Assembly: GCA_964509895.1 (NCBI GenBank)
Contig: CAZDZJ010000132.1
Span: 18,269 to 82,268, forward strand
Direction: 5' to 3'
From: an uncultured Gemmatimonadota bacterium
GTDB taxonomy: Bacteria > Gemmatimonadota > Gemmatimonadetes > Palauibacterales > Palauibacteraceae
Length of the DNA stretch: 64,000 nucleotides
Below are positions 63,497 to 64,000 of the stretch, in pieces. How positions within the stretch are numbered: the first letter of the stretch is position 1; each line of letters starts with the position of its first letter. The notes under the pieces were generated by a model, which was given only the letters and a program-made list of their open reading frames with translations, made no database searches and was not told the DNA's origin. Both the position numbers and the translations under genes were made by a program.

Positions 63497-63521
63497 TGAT
63501 TCGCTCCTGTTGGCTTTCGCC

Positions 63522-64000
63522 CTAGTGCGGCCGCGCGGTGGCGACGAGGTGGTCGACGTGGTGGTCTTCGTTGCAGCGCTTGGCACTGCCTTCCACCTGG
63601 ACCGTGACGTGCTGCAGGTTGAACTCGTTGTATGCGATGTCCTGGATCTTGTGGAGAAGATCCGCGGTGTCGCTCTCATGCTCGGGATCCACCAGCACGT
63701 GCGCCGTGAGCGCGTCGTAGCCCGGCGCGAGCGTCCACACGTGGACGTCGTGGATCACCGTGACCCCCTCGAGATCCTCGATCCGGTGACACAGCTTGTA
63801 CACGTCGACGTGTTCCGGCGTCCCTTCCAGCAGCACGTGCACCACCTTCGCCAGCAGGCGCCACGTGCTGAGCAGGATCAGAATCCCGATCAGGACGCTG
63901 AGGATCGGGTCCGAGATGTACCACTCGAACGCCCACACGAGCACACCGGACACAATGACCGCCACCGACCCGAGGAGGTCGGCGATCACGTGGGCCAGGG
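63522..64000 (-). CDS. Cation diffusion facilitator (CzcD/ZitB-like) exporter, C-terminal part (5' end outside the window)
   Basis: The frame is open to the right edge. HVIADLLGS is the TM5 HxxxD motif. The C-terminal cytoplasmic domain reads VHVWTL...LTAHVLV, with a His-rich tail. Confidence 0.85.
   Translation of the reverse strand, partial: LAHVIADLLGSVAVIVSGVLVWAFEWYISDPILSVLIGILILLSTWRLLAKVVHVLLEGTPEHVDVYKLCHRIEDLEGVTVIHDVHVWTLAPGYDALTAHVLVDPEHESDTADLLHKIQDIAYNEFNLQHVTVQVEGSAKRCNEDHHVDHLVATARPH

Noticed and set aside
1-64000. A search for CRISPR arrays, tRNA or rRNA genes, transposases, integrases, reverse transcriptases, and prophage or conjugation genes.
   Set aside because: I saw no regularly spaced direct repeats with unique spacers, no cloverleaf-like or rRNA-like conserved segments, and no ORF with DDE transposase, tyrosine or serine recombinase, or RT motifs. 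This was done by eye only; tRNAscan-SE, Infernal and ISfinder searches would be needed for certainty.

Overview
This is a 64-kb, strongly GC-rich (judged by eye, not computed) bacterial chromosomal segment. The organism is a diderm: the window has a TonB-dependent receptor, an outer-membrane beta-barrel, lipoboxes and a Tat signal. I can support about 55 protein-coding genes. They are tightly packed, with many 1-8 nt start/stop overlaps. Because of the GC bias, nearly every real gene is shadowed by long spurious ORFs in other frames. I chose frames by recognisable family motifs, signal peptides and start context, and I trimmed many ORF-track N-termini to internal starts that I checked for frame. 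No BLAST or HMM search was possible, so every family call rests on motifs read by eye.

Content:
1. An unusual concentration of secreted or periplasmic hydrolases: M24, M1, S9, M20 and a zinc metalloprotease, three amidohydrolases, three alpha/beta hydrolases, and three tandem beta-lactamase-fold lipoproteins.
2. A compact his operon on the minus strand, in the order hisG-hisC-hisB-hisH-hisF followed by one 878-aa ORF that fuses HisA, HisI, HisE and HisD domains. It is preceded by a candidate leader-peptide transcription attenuator.
3. Two vapBC toxin-antitoxin modules. One lies next to a PD-(D/E)xK nuclease-like gene with atypical codon usage.
4. Transporters: an orphan RND pump, an ABC ATPase with a putative exporter permease and an OM barrel, YfcC-like, APC, EamA, CDF and ZIP-like proteins, an orphan solute-binding protein and a TonB-dependent receptor.
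5. An ECF sigma/anti-sigma operon, a class A PBP, ilvE, a threonine-dehydratase-like gene and a squalene-synthase-type gene.

I recognised no rRNA, tRNA, CRISPR array, transposase or integrase.

The most noteworthy items are the his leader and terminator (55445-55620), the HisA-IE-D fusion, the 3x tandem serine-hydrolase array, a 170-bp long inverted repeat embedded in the 3' tail of the M24 peptidase ORF, and a His/Asp/Cys micro-ORF between two metal transporters.
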